A stretch of DNA of 38,283 nucleotides from Octopus sinensis (taxonomy: Eukaryota), in the NCBI RefSeq assembly GCF_006345805.1, contig NW_021835808.1, positions 1-38,283 on the forward strand, given 5' to 3'. The notes under the pieces were generated by a model. That model searched no databases. It was not told the DNA's origin and worked only from the letters and a program-made list of their open reading frames with translations. The position numbers and the translations under genes are program-made. Positions 1 through 10,183 of the stretch are shown one piece after another (positions within the stretch are counted from its first letter, which is position 1; each line of letters starts with the position of its first letter).

Positions 1-163
1 AGAGAAAAAAAGGAGAGATATGTGATTAAAATTCAGTTGAATTAGTTACTTTAGCTGAGACACCTTGCTAGCTCGGTATAATCTGTAAAACCCAACAATA
101 TTGGAATATTGAATATCAAGACTCCGTGTAGGGGTACTTGTACCCTATATTCCTGTCATGTAA

Positions 164-561
164 GGCGGCGAGCTGGCAGAAACGTTAGCACGTCGGGCGA
201 AATGCTTAGCGGTATTTTCGTCTGCTGTTACGCTCTGAGTTCAAATTCTGCCGAGGTCGACTTTGCTTTCATCTTTTCGGGGTCGATTAAATAAGTACCA
301 GTTACGCACTGGGGTCGATATAATCGACTTAATCCGTTTGTCTGTCGTTGTTTGTCCCCTCTGTGTTTAGCCCCTTGTGGGTAGTAAAGAAATAGGTATT
401 TCGTCTGCCGCTACGTTCTGAGTTCAAATTCCGCCGAGGTCAACTTTGCCTTTCATCTTTTCGGGGTCGATTAAATAAGTACCAGTTGCGTACTGGGTCG
501 ATCTAATCGACTGGCCCCCTCCCCCAAAATTTCGGGCCTTGTGCCTAGAGTAGAAAAGAAT
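164..561 (+). mobile_element. tRNA-derived SINE family A, tandem units
   Basis: Head ggcggcgagctggcagaa...gagttcaaattccgccgagg (A/B-box-like); many similar copies in window. Confidence 0.8.
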
Positions 562-673
562 ATTCCTTTCGTGTGTGTAGACAACGCAACCCAGCTAAGT
601 GAAGACAACCGCTCTTTCTAATCCAGACACGGATTCTTTATATGAATTGGCACCTGTACATCTTTTTTACTTA

Positions 674-1799
674 CTAGCAGCATCGCCCGGCGTTGTTCGG
701 GTTTGTTTCGACCCTTTAAAACTGGAATTTTCGTAAAGTAAAAATTTTGCATTATGTAGCTTGTTATTCTCTTTAAGTGAACATTTTTCTTGTTGAAATA
801 CACCGAAAAATGGCGACACAACAGTAAAAAAATCGTAAAAAATAGGGATTTTCATAGAAAAAAAGCACATTTCTGATGTAAATAATTTTTGGTATTAACA
901 TGGTCCGATTTGAATTTTTCTTCTACGGAATGAAGAGCAAGCCTTCTTCTATCATACTCTCAATTTTGGTCAACTTACGCTGCAGGGTCTCGGAGGAGAT
1001 AGTGTTAGTTGAAGGCTACCAAACCTGCCACACACACACAGACAACTTCAGCTTTATATATAGAGATTTTTCTGGTTGAAATACACCGAAAAATGGCGAC
1101 ACAGCAGTCAAAAATTCGTTAAAAATAGAGATTTTCATAGAAAAAAAAAGCACCTTTTTGATATAAATAATTTTTGGTGTTAACATGGTCCGATTCGAAA
1201 TTTATCTCCTACGGAAGGAAGAGCAAGCCTTCTTCTATCATACTCTCAATTTTGGTCACCTTGCACCGCAGGATCTCAGAGGAGATAGTGTTAGTTGAAG
1301 GCTACCAAACCTGCCACACACAGACAACTTCAGCTTTATAAATAGTAAAAAATAGGGATTTTCATAGAAAAAAAGCACCTTTTTGATGTAAATAATTTTT
1401 GGTGTTAACATGGTCCGATTTGAATTTTTTCTTCTACGGAATGAAGAACAAGCCTTCTTCTATCATACTCTCAATTTTGGTCACTTGTGCCGCAGGGTCT
1501 CGGAGGAGATAGTGTTCGTTGAAGGCTACCAAACCTGCCATACACACAGACAACTTCAGCTTTATAAATAGTAAAAAATAGGGATTTTCATAGAAAAAAA
1601 GCACCTTTTTGATGTAAATAATTTTTGGTGTTAACATGGTCCGATTTGAATTTTATCTTCTACGGAATGAAGAGCAAGCCTTCTTCTATTATACTCTCAA
1701 GTTTGGTCAACTTGCGCTGCAGGGTCTCGGAGGAGATAGTGTTAGTTGAAGGCTACCAAACTTGCCACACACAGACAACTTCAGCTTTATATATATATT
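674..1799 (-). mobile_element. Non-autonomous Helitron: one complete unit (674-1066) plus three tandem 3'-truncated copies
   Basis: Minus strand: A|TCTCTATATATAAAG start at 1066, hairpin CCCG-aacaacgc-CGGG (686-701), CTAG|T end at 674. A shared internal anchor recurs at 851, 1134, 1361 and 1587. Confidence 0.8.
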
Positions 1800-2063
1800 T
1801 CTGGTATGAATAGACCGATTAGTTTATCAGCCGTGAGCTTTGCAATGTAAAGTTGGCAAAACTTCTCCTTTTCTTTCAGCATCTTTTGTTTCTCCACCAC
1901 AACGATAACATAGTGCCACATTTTCTTCATCCTCTAAAAGAACCATTTCTTTGTAAAAATGCAACTGCCTTTGTCTTGTCACTTAATCACATTGTAGAAA
2001 TCTTTAGTAAGTAAAAAGACACCAAAAATAAGCAATAACAACATTTGAAATAAGCGCGTAGAC

Positions 2064-2683
2064 CAGTGCCCCGCAACCTTCTTTCACTTGTGTTACCTAT
2101 TTCTTTATTACCCACAAGGGGCTAAAGACAGAGAGGACAAACAAGGACAGACAAACGAATTAAATCGATTATATCGACCCAGTGCGTAACTGGTACTTAA
2201 TTTATCGACCCCGAAAGGATGAAAGGCAAAGACGACCTCGGCGGAATTTTGAACTCAGAACGTAACGGCAGACGATATACCTATTTCTTTACTACCCACA
2301 AGGGGCTAAATACAAAGGGGACAAACAAGGACAGAAGACGAATTAAGTCGATTATATCGATTCCAGTGCATAACTGGTACTTAATTTATCGACCCCGAAA
2401 GGATGAAAGGCAAAGTCGACCTCGGCGGAATTTTGAACTCAGAACGTAATAGCAGACAAAATACGGCCACACATTTCGCCCGGCGTGCTAACGATTCTGC
2501 CAGCTCGCCGCCTTAAATACAAGTGGTACCCTTGTGTTCTTTTCGAAATTTGGCAGCACACCTGAACTACAAAATATAACTAAAAGTATAGGGAAAGAAA
2601 TTATTTTCAGGTTATACTGCAGTGCACCTAGCAGCGTCTCATAGCACACCAGTGTTACGTGGCATACAGGTTGTGGAGCACTG
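2064..2683. mobile_element. hAT-like MITE with nested SINE
   Basis: TIRs cagtgccccgcaacct / aggttgtggagcactg (14/16); 8-bp TSD gcgtagac (2056-2063) / gcgtagat (2684-2691). Confidence 0.75.
2096..2512 (-). mobile_element. SINE family A, two tandem bodies, nested in the hAT MITE
   Basis: Reverse complement of the 164-561 type; head ends at ...ccagctcgccgcc 2512. Confidence 0.8.
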
Positions 2684-2904
2684 GCGTAGATCACACGCGA
2701 AAGTAGCAATAGAACTAAGTAAACTAAAGTAATCGCCCTTTAATTTGTAGATCACATGCCAAAGTAGCACCTATATATTTGTGTGTGTGTGTGTGTGCAA
2801 TATATATATATATGTGTGTGTGTGTGTGCAATATATGTATATATATATGTATTGTGCAGGTGTGAGTTTGTTGAAGACAAGTCAGCCGAAACGTCTAAGT
2901 CACT

Positions 2905-3693
2905 CTCTCTCTCTTTTACTTGTTTCAGTCATTTGACTGTGGCCATGCTGGAGCACTACTTGTAGTCGAGCAAATCGACCCCGGGACTCATTCTTTGCAA
3001 GCCTTGTACTTATTCTATTGGTCTCTTTAGCTGAACCGGTAGCCAAGCAATGTTGGGGGGGGGGTCAAACACAGACACTCTAGGAGCACTCCGTCGGTTG
3101 CGACGATGAGGGTCCCAGCTGATACGATCAACGGAACCATTTGCTCGTGAAATTAACGTGCAAGTGGCTGAGCACTCCACAGACACGTGTACCCTTAATG
3201 TAGTTCTCGAGGAGATTCAGCGTGACACAGATTGTGACAAGGCTGGCCCTTTGAAATACAGGTACAACAGAAACAGGAAGAAAGAGTGACAGAAAGTTGT
3301 GGTGAAAGAGTACAGCAGGGATCACCACCATCCCCTGCCGGAGCCTCGTGGAGCTTTAGGTGTTTTCGCTCAATAAACACTCACAATGCCCGGTCTTGGA
3401 ATCGAAACCGCGATCCTCCGACCGTGAGTCCGCTGCCCTAACCACTGGGCCATTGCGCCTCCACAACACAGACACTCAAACATATACACACACACATACA
3501 TACATACATATATATATATACATATATACGATAGGCTTCTTTCAGTTTCCGTTTACCAAATCCACTCACAAGGCTTTGGTCGGTCCGAGGCTATAGTAGA
3601 AGACACTTGGCCAAGGTGTCGCGCAGTGGGAGTGAACCCAGAACCATGTGGTTGGTAAGCAAGCTACTTACCACACAGCCACTCCTACGCCTA
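2905..3693 (-). mobile_element. SINE family B (ggcgyaggagtggctgtgtgg head, internal microsatellite) with nested family C copy
   Basis: Tail 2905-3080 and head 3465-3693; matches copies at 3729, 6783, 16241, 20600 and 37757. Confidence 0.8.
3081..3464 (-). mobile_element. tRNA-derived SINE family C with 13-bp TSD
   Basis: Head ggcgcaatggcccagtggttagggcagcggactc; TSD aacacagacactc at 3068-3080 and 3465-3477. Confidence 0.85.
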
Positions 3694-3728
3694 TGCAACC
3701 ATTTTATAAAAGTTTAATAAATGTGTAT

Positions 3729-4128
3729 TAGGCGTAGGAGTGGCTGTGTGGTAAGTAGCTTGCTTACCAACCACATGGTTCTGGGTTCAGTCCCACTGCG
3801 TGGCACCTTGGGCAAGTGTCTTCTATAGTTTCGGGCCGACCAAAGCCTTGTGAGTGGATTTGGTAGACGGAAACTGAAAGAAGCCCGTCGTATATATGTA
3901 TATGTATATATGTGTGTATATGTATGTGTATCTCTGTTTGTCCCTCCAATATCGCTTGACAACCAATGCTAGTGTGTTGCGTCACCGTAACTTAGCGGTT
4001 CGGCAAAAGAGACCGATAAAATAAGTACTAGGCTTACAACGAATAAGTCCTGGGGTCGATTTGCTCGATCGACTAAAGGCGGTGCTCCAGCATGGCCACA
4101 GTCAAATGACTGAAACAAGTAAAGGAGT
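3729..4128 (+). mobile_element. SINE family B, full length
   Basis: Same consensus as 2905-3693, opposite orientation. Confidence 0.8.
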
Positions 4129-4481
4129 ACTAAAAAATTGAGTTATCTTGTAGGTTTACCTTTTTTTTTATATATGGCTTGACATAAAAATAAACATTGG
4201 CACACGCACACACACACAAGATGGTCACGCTCGTTGATTTCGACGTATGAGTGTTTGAAAGAGAAGGTTTAAAAGCAAAGAATAATTATGTAAAAATGTA
4301 AGTCAACGAAAAAGCAACTTTCAAAATAAAAGAATATTTACGATGGATGCGTGAATGTAGTTTGAGTCCAGGCAAAGATTTTGATTTATTTAAATCATCT
4401 CCGCCTTTTGAATATGTGTCAATTACCAAATGAAAATCAAGAACAAAAAAATTCTCCAAAGTCGAGATGCTGTTAAAGAAC

Positions 4482-4565
4482 AGAGGATATAATCTCAAGA
4501 CCAGCAAGGGAGATAATCTCTGGAACAGCAGGGGAGATAATCTCAAGACAAGAAGGGAAATAATT
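4482..4565 (+). repeat. 24-bp tandem repeat (~3.5 units, core ggagataatctc)
   Basis: ggatataatctc / ggagataatctc / ggagataatctc / ggaaataat at 24-nt spacing. Confidence 0.7.
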
Positions 4566-4730
4566 TTGGGAACAAAAAATTCTCCAGAGCTGGGATGCTG
4601 TAAAGGTGAAGGACTTTGTTGTTGTTTAGAGATAAGAGGACAGTTTCGGATGTGTGTTTTTGGTTCAGTAGTCATTATCAACATAGCGATTGTCCAATGT
4701 GAACTCCCGTAGCCGAGGGACTTAGATTTT

Positions 4731-5161
4731 GGATCTTTTCGGTTTGAACGGCAGTTTTTAACATAATTTCTAGGTAAAAAAAATGGCAGTTTTTTCTAGC
4801 GGTGTCATATGAAATTGTTACCCATAATTATGATCCTAGAATCGATCTATTGCATTTCAATCTGTTTTAGGGTTAGGGTTAGGGGAAGGGTATCTTATTT
4901 ACTTCACAAATGTAATCTGTTTCTTAAACGAGGGACATATTCATACGGCACAGAATGCTTTCACCTCAATAGACGGTTAATTGGTTAAAATTGCCGAAAT
5001 GCAAGAAATCAAAGACGAAATATGTTACAAACTACAGAATTTTCTCAAGAAAGCCAAGAGAAAAAGATGTTTTATAAAGACATTCTACCCATATACGAAG
5101 TTTAAAATTTTTTAGTTACCTAGAAATTATGTTAAAAACTGCCGTTCAAACCGAAAAATCC
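4731..5161. mobile_element. MITE with ~46-bp TIRs, 8-bp TSD and internal (TTAGGG)3; Merlin- or hAT-like
   Basis: TIRs at 4731-4777 and 5116-5161 are near-perfect (one indel); TSD tagatttt (4723-4730) / tagattta (5162-5169); TIR begins with GG. Confidence 0.85.
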
Positions 5162-5237
5162 TAGATTTATGCAAAAACGTGTAGATCACATTTATGGTTA
5201 GGGTTGTGTACTTAGAGAGTGGTTAGCAGTTGGCGTG

Positions 5238-5666
5238 GTGTTATTGTATGAGGCTGAGACATGGTGAACAACAGTTAAGTCAAATAAGCAAATAGAATAA
5301 TTCATCAACAGATGCTTGCGTAGTATACTTAAAATTAGATGGCCCCAACACATAAGCAATATGGAGCTATGGCAAAGGACAAATCAAGTTTCGATTAGGG
5401 AGCAAATATTTAAGAAAAAGTGAAAGTGGATTGGAGGCACAATTAGAAAAGAAACACCAAATGTAGCGAAAAGTGCTTTACAGTGGAATCCGGATGGATA
5501 TAGAAAGAGAGGTAGGCCTAAGAACTCGTGGTGGAGATCAACACAAAAGGAACTAGAGAAAGGGGGACATTCATGGCAGAGTATAAGGACAGAAGCGAAA
5601 AATTATGCGACATGGAATTCAATTATAAGTGGCCTATGTTGTGGAGGGTTAAAAGCAGAAAGAAGC
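5238..5666 (+). mobile_element. 5'-truncated RTE-clade LINE, decayed RT C-terminus
   Basis: VLLYEAETW*...FINRCLRSILKIRWP...KWIGGTIRK...WNPDGYRKRGRPKNSW; 13-bp TSD agcagttggcgtg at 5225-5237 and 5667-5679. Confidence 0.9.
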
Positions 5667-5780
5667 AGCAGTTGGCGTGCATTTGAATAAGAGAGAAACA
5701 CAGGTGTATCAAATACCGTACAACATAAATTGTTGATTTATTAGAATTGTCTCATATTGTGTGTGTGTTTTAAAAAATTG

Positions 5781-6197
5781 TCATTGATTTGTGGGTGCTG
5801 AAAATTTGTAATACAAGAAACTAAAAACAACCAACCAACCAGAGACCAGTAAAGCATCGAAGGTCCTCGAGTAGCGAGTCACGTTTAAACAAGAAACCGC
5901 TTTCTGCATTATACTTGGCGGGGAATTACCGTCTTTTATGTAGTGTATCAGATTCGTTGGGTTGAAGAATACTTCACAGGCATGCAGTTTTAGAATCGCA
6001 AAAATCCTCAGCGCCGTCATAACGACCAGTATCGAAATAAGCATTATTATTACACAGAAACAAATCGTTGGAAGTTTTTGTTTAAACATTTGTAGAAAAC
6101 GTTCAAAAAAGCTGTTCGCGATTTGGTTTTGGATTCGGCTTTCGCTGTCATTCCTGGCAACTTCATTCTTTGGTTCGTTTCCATCGGTCTCATCCAT
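5781..6197 (-). CDS. Uncharacterised 138-aa two-TM membrane protein (paralogue A)
   Basis: Non-repetitive ORF. Hydrophobic segments at ~aa42-63 and ~113-130, loop Cys74/Cys103. AATAAA at 5737-5742 (minus strand). Motif-level homology to ORF 10184-11212. Confidence 0.75.
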   Translation of the reverse strand: MDETDGNEPKNEVARNDSESRIQNQIANSFFERFLQMFKQKLPTICFCVIIMLISILVVMTALRIFAILKLHACEVFFNPTNLIHYIKDGNSPPSIMQKAVSCLNVTRYSRTFDALLVSGWLVVFSFLYYKFSAPTNQ

Positions 6198-6530
6198 TAT
6201 TTTCCTTCTTTCCTTTCACTTCTCTCCGTTTTTTTTGTTTAGAAAAAAATTGGAATGGTTGCCTTTTTTTCAGATTTCTCTTTCTTTTTAATGAACCAAA
6301 AATTTCTCACTTATTATTATTATTATTATTATTATTATTGTTATTATTTGTTTTTGTGACGAGAATAATAATAATAATAATGATAATAATAATAATAAGA
6401 TGACATTACATTTTTGTTTTTTTTCGCTATTTCAATATATCCGAAAACGAAATGGATTTTTTTTCTTTCGGTTTCCGTTGTTTTTGTTCTTAGTTTTTTA
6501 AAAGTCCGAACCGAAAATTGGTCTCTGCGT

Positions 6531-6566
6531 CTGAGAATGGGAAAGTGGGGGGGAAGGGGGGAAAGA
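6531..6566 (-). promoter_or_regulatory. Candidate 3' splice site of a 5'-UTR intron of paralogue A
   Basis: Minus strand reads tcgttctttccccccttccccccactttcccattctcag|ACGC, about 330 nt upstream of the ATG. Confidence 0.4.
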
Positions 6567-6782
6567 ACGATTTTTTAAAACCGTAGACTAGCTTTTCATT
6601 GAACTAGTTTGTCGCGATAAAGAAAACGTGAAAAACGAAAAACGTGATGGTCACGCGTTATACGAAACATCGATACATACACACACACACACACGCACGC
6701 ACACACACACACATTTTTAGAAGGAAAAGATTCATAGTAACTTCGAAGTTTAGGTTTACTTGTCATTAATACTTTCTCATTC

Positions 6783-7200
6783 TGTCTTTACTCTCTTTAC
6801 TCTTTTACTTGTTTCAGTCATTTGACTGCGGCCATGCTGGAGCACCGGCTTTAGTCGAGCAAACCGACCCCAGTCTAGTACTTATTTTATCGGTTTCTCT
6901 TTTGCCGAACCGCTCAGTTACGGGGACGTAAACACACCAGCATCGGTTGTCAAGCGATGTTGGACACACACACACACGCACGCACACACACACACACACA
7001 CACACGCACGCACGCACACACACACGCACGCACATATACGACGGGCTTCTTTCAGTTTCCGTCTACCAAATCCACTCACAAGGCTTTGGTCGGCCCGAGG
7101 TTATAGTAGAAGACACTTGCCCAAGGTGTCATGCAGTGGGACTGAACCCGGAACCATGTGGTTGGTAAACAAGCTACTTACCACACAGCCACTCCTGCGC
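6783..7200 (-). mobile_element. SINE family B
   Basis: Matches family B consensus with (CA)n centre. Confidence 0.8.
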
Positions 7201-7249
7201 ACACTGTCCATATAATATTTATTTTGAATTAATCAAGTATTATCTCATA

Positions 7250-7860
7250 GCTTCGAAATATTGATTTCAAATTTCGGCACAAGGCCAGCAATTTCAGAAG
7301 AGGGGTTAGTCGATTACATCGATCCCTGTGTCCAACTGGTACTTATTTTATCGACCCCGAAAGGATAAAAGGCAAGGTCAACCTCGGCGGAATTTGAACT
7401 CAGAACCTAAAGGCAGACGAATTGTCGCCAAACATTTTTCCCGGCGTGCCTGCGATTCTGCCAGCTTCCTCTCTTATAGCTTGGAAATATTCTTTTCTAC
7501 TCGAGGCACAAGGCCCGAAATTTTGTGGGAGGGAGCCAGTCGATTAGATCGACCCCAGTACACAGTGATACTTAATTTATCGACACTGAAAAGATGAAAT
7601 GTAAAGTTGACCTCGGTGAAATTTGAACTCAGAACACAAAGGCAGATGAAATGCCGCTAAACACTTGGCCAGTTCCCCGCCTTATGGCTTGCAAATATTT
7701 TATTCTACTCTAGGCACAGATGAAATACCTATTTCTTTACTACCCACAAGGGGCTAAATACAGAGGGGACAAACAAGGACAGACAAACGGATTAAGTCGA
7801 TTATATCGACGCCAGTGCATAACTGGTACTTATTTAATCGACCCCCGAAAGGATGAAAAG
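7250..7860 (-). mobile_element. Cluster of SINE family A fragments
   Basis: Repeated gaccccgaaaggatgaaaggcaaagtcgacctcggcggaatttgaactcag motif. Confidence 0.7.
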
Positions 7861-8199
7861 CAATGTGTGTTTAACTTCCCGGCACATCTCCTCCTAGCCA
7901 ACAAATCGTAGAACCACCAAAAATGGGTCACTTAAAGTTTAGGCGAATGAAAATTGAACTGCGCTATTTCGGTTCCGAAATTCATCTCGCAAGTGCAAAA
8001 ATCTATAATGTGTTTGTTTAGGCCTTATCCCATGCATTGAATAGTGAACTTTACTCAGTCAGCTGTTTGACGTGAACTGTGTTCACCACGCGTGCAAGCA
8101 TGCGTAAATTGCATGAAAAATAAAAATAAAAAGCCGGGCAATACTGCTAGTATATATATATATATATATATATATAGTAGATATATATATATAAAACAC

Positions 8200-8430
8200 A
8201 CATATATGTTAGTGTGTATGTGGGTCTTTGTGTCTGTGTTTGTCCCCCGCTGCTGTTTGACAACCGGTGCTGGCGTATTTTTTTCCCCGTAACTTAGCGG
8301 TTCGGCAAAAGTGACAGATAGAATAAGTATCAGGCTTTAAAAAATATGAATATACCGGGGTCGATTCGTTGGACGAAAATTCTTTACGGTGGTGCCCCAG
8401 CATGGCCGCAGTCTGATGACTGAGACAAAT
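8200..8430 (+). mobile_element. SINE family B 3' half
   Basis: cccgtaacttagcggttcggcaaa...ccagcatggccgcagtc. Confidence 0.7.
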
Positions 8431-8629
8431 AAACGAACTGCATACACACAGACAGAAATATGAAGATGAAGGAAAGAAATGGAGGATCAATGATGAAGGA
8501 GAGCAAGGAGAGAAAAGGAAAGAGAAAAAGCGGGAACTGCGATCGTTTGGAGGATGAAGGTGCGATGCAAGGGGTAAGAGGTTCGAATACTACTGGACGG
8601 TTACCTGCTGTCTTTTGACTGGTTTGTGG

Positions 8630-9410
8630 TAAGGGAAGAAGAAGAAGATGAAGGAGAAGAAGAAGAGAAAGGAGAAGAAGAAGGAGAGGAAGGAGAAGGA
8701 GGAGAGGAGAGAAGAAGAAGAAGAAGAAGAAGAAGAAGGAGAAGAAAAACAAGAAGTAGAAGAAGAAGAAAATGAGAAGAAAAGAAAAAGAGAAGACGAG
8801 AAGTAGAAGAGAAAGAAAAAGAAGATGAGGCAGAAGGGGAACAGAAAAGGAAGAAGAAAAAAGAAGAGGCAAAAGAAGAAAAGAAGAGGAGGGGAGGAGA
8901 AGGGGAAGAAGAAAAAGATGAAGAAAAGAAAGAAGTAAAGACGAAGAAGAGGAAGAGGTAAAGACGAGAAAGAAGAAGAAGAACGAACGAACGAAAAAGG
9001 AAAAAAGAAGCAGAAGAGGAAGACGAGGAAGAAGATGAAGCAGAGGAGGAAGAAGTAGAAGAGAAAGAAGAAGAAGAAGAAGAAGAAGAAATGGAAGAAG
9101 AAGAAGATGAAGAAATGGAAGAAGAAGAAGAAGAAGAAATGGAAGAAGAAGAAGAAGAAATGGAAGAAGAAGAAGAAGAAATGGAAGAAGACGAAGAAAT
9201 GGAAGAAGAAGAAGAAATGGAAGAAGAAGAAGAAGAAGAAGAAGAAATGGAAGAAGAAGAAGAAGAAGAAGAAGAAGAAATGGAAGAAGAAGAAGAAGAA
9301 GTGGAAGAAGAAGAAGAAATGGAAGAAGAAGAAGAAGAAGAAGAAGAAGAAGAAGGGAAAGAAGCAGAAGAGGAAGAAGAAAAGAAAGAAGATTGTCTTA
9401 GAAACGTAGA
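8630..9410 (+). repeat. Large (GAA)n-rich purine tract with gaaatggaa variants
   Basis: Directly visible; source of the poly-E, poly-K and poly-S pseudo-ORFs. Confidence 0.95.
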
Positions 9411-9450
9411 GGCAAAAAAAAAATAAATAAAACCAGGTGGCGATGCTTGA

Positions 9451-9560
9451 CCCCCCCCCCCGCCCCGGTCGTCAGTGCTCGTGATGTTATTGCTGTTGTT
9501 GTTGTTATCGGTGTTTGTCAATCTCGCACACTTCATTACATGACGTCACAATGACATCAT
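9451..9560. promoter_or_regulatory. Candidate (bidirectional) promoter core: GC box plus CRE sites
   Basis: CCGCCC at 9460-9465, perfect TGACGTCA at 9541-9548, TGACATCA at 9552-9559; lies between the two divergent ORFs. Confidence 0.45.
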
Positions 9561-9589
9561 AACATCAACAACAAAAACAACAACAATTC

Positions 9590-10165
9590 ATCCTTATTTT
9601 CTTTTCTTTTTTTGTTCTTTGTTTCATTTTTTACATTTTTTTTCTTTCTTATTTACTAATTTATTTTATTTTATTTTATTTTATTTTGTTTCGAATTTGT
9701 TTTACTTTTTTATTTAACTATTTTTATTTGTTTTATTTTTTGTTCATTGTTGCATATTTTATTCCTCCTCCTCCTCCACCTTTTTTGTTGCTTTGTTTGT
9801 TTGTTTCTTCCTTTCTTTCTTTCTTTCTTCTTCTTTCTTTCTTTCTTTCTTTCTCTCTCGTCTTTCTTTTTATTCTTTTCCTATTCCTTCATCACCTTTT
9901 CCTTTCTTTCTTTCTCCGCCTCCCTTTCCTCATCCTCCTCCTCTTCCTCTTTCTTTTTTGTTCCTTTGTTTGTTTGTTTGTTTCTTCTTCTTTCTTTCTT
10001 TCTTTCTCCCTCGTCTTTCTTCTTTCTTTTTATTCTTTTCCTATTCTTTCATCGCCCTTTTCTTTCTTACTTTCTCTCTTTTTTCTTTGTCTTTATTTCT
10101 TCCTCTTCCTCCCCTTCCTCCACCTCTCACCCTTTCCCTTTTCGCCGTTTCTCTTTTCCTACGAT
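9590..10165 (+). repeat. (TTTC/TTC)n pyrimidine tract containing a ~180-bp direct duplication
   Basis: Block ...ctcgtctttctttttattcttttcctattcyttcatc occurs near 9860 and near 10010-10050. Confidence 0.85.
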
Positions 10166-10183
10166 TTTCGGCAAAACTGAAAT

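Noticed and set aside
164-260. tRNA genes at SINE heads
   Set aside because: tRNA-derived SINE promoters joined to repeat bodies; no complete cloverleaf
1845-1970. Minus-strand AVAFLQRNG...RKCGTMLSLW..KRC*KK, reminiscent of a Merlin/ISXO2 transposase N-terminus
   Set aside because: Short, contains two stops and has no catalytic domain; needs an HMM search before it can be called
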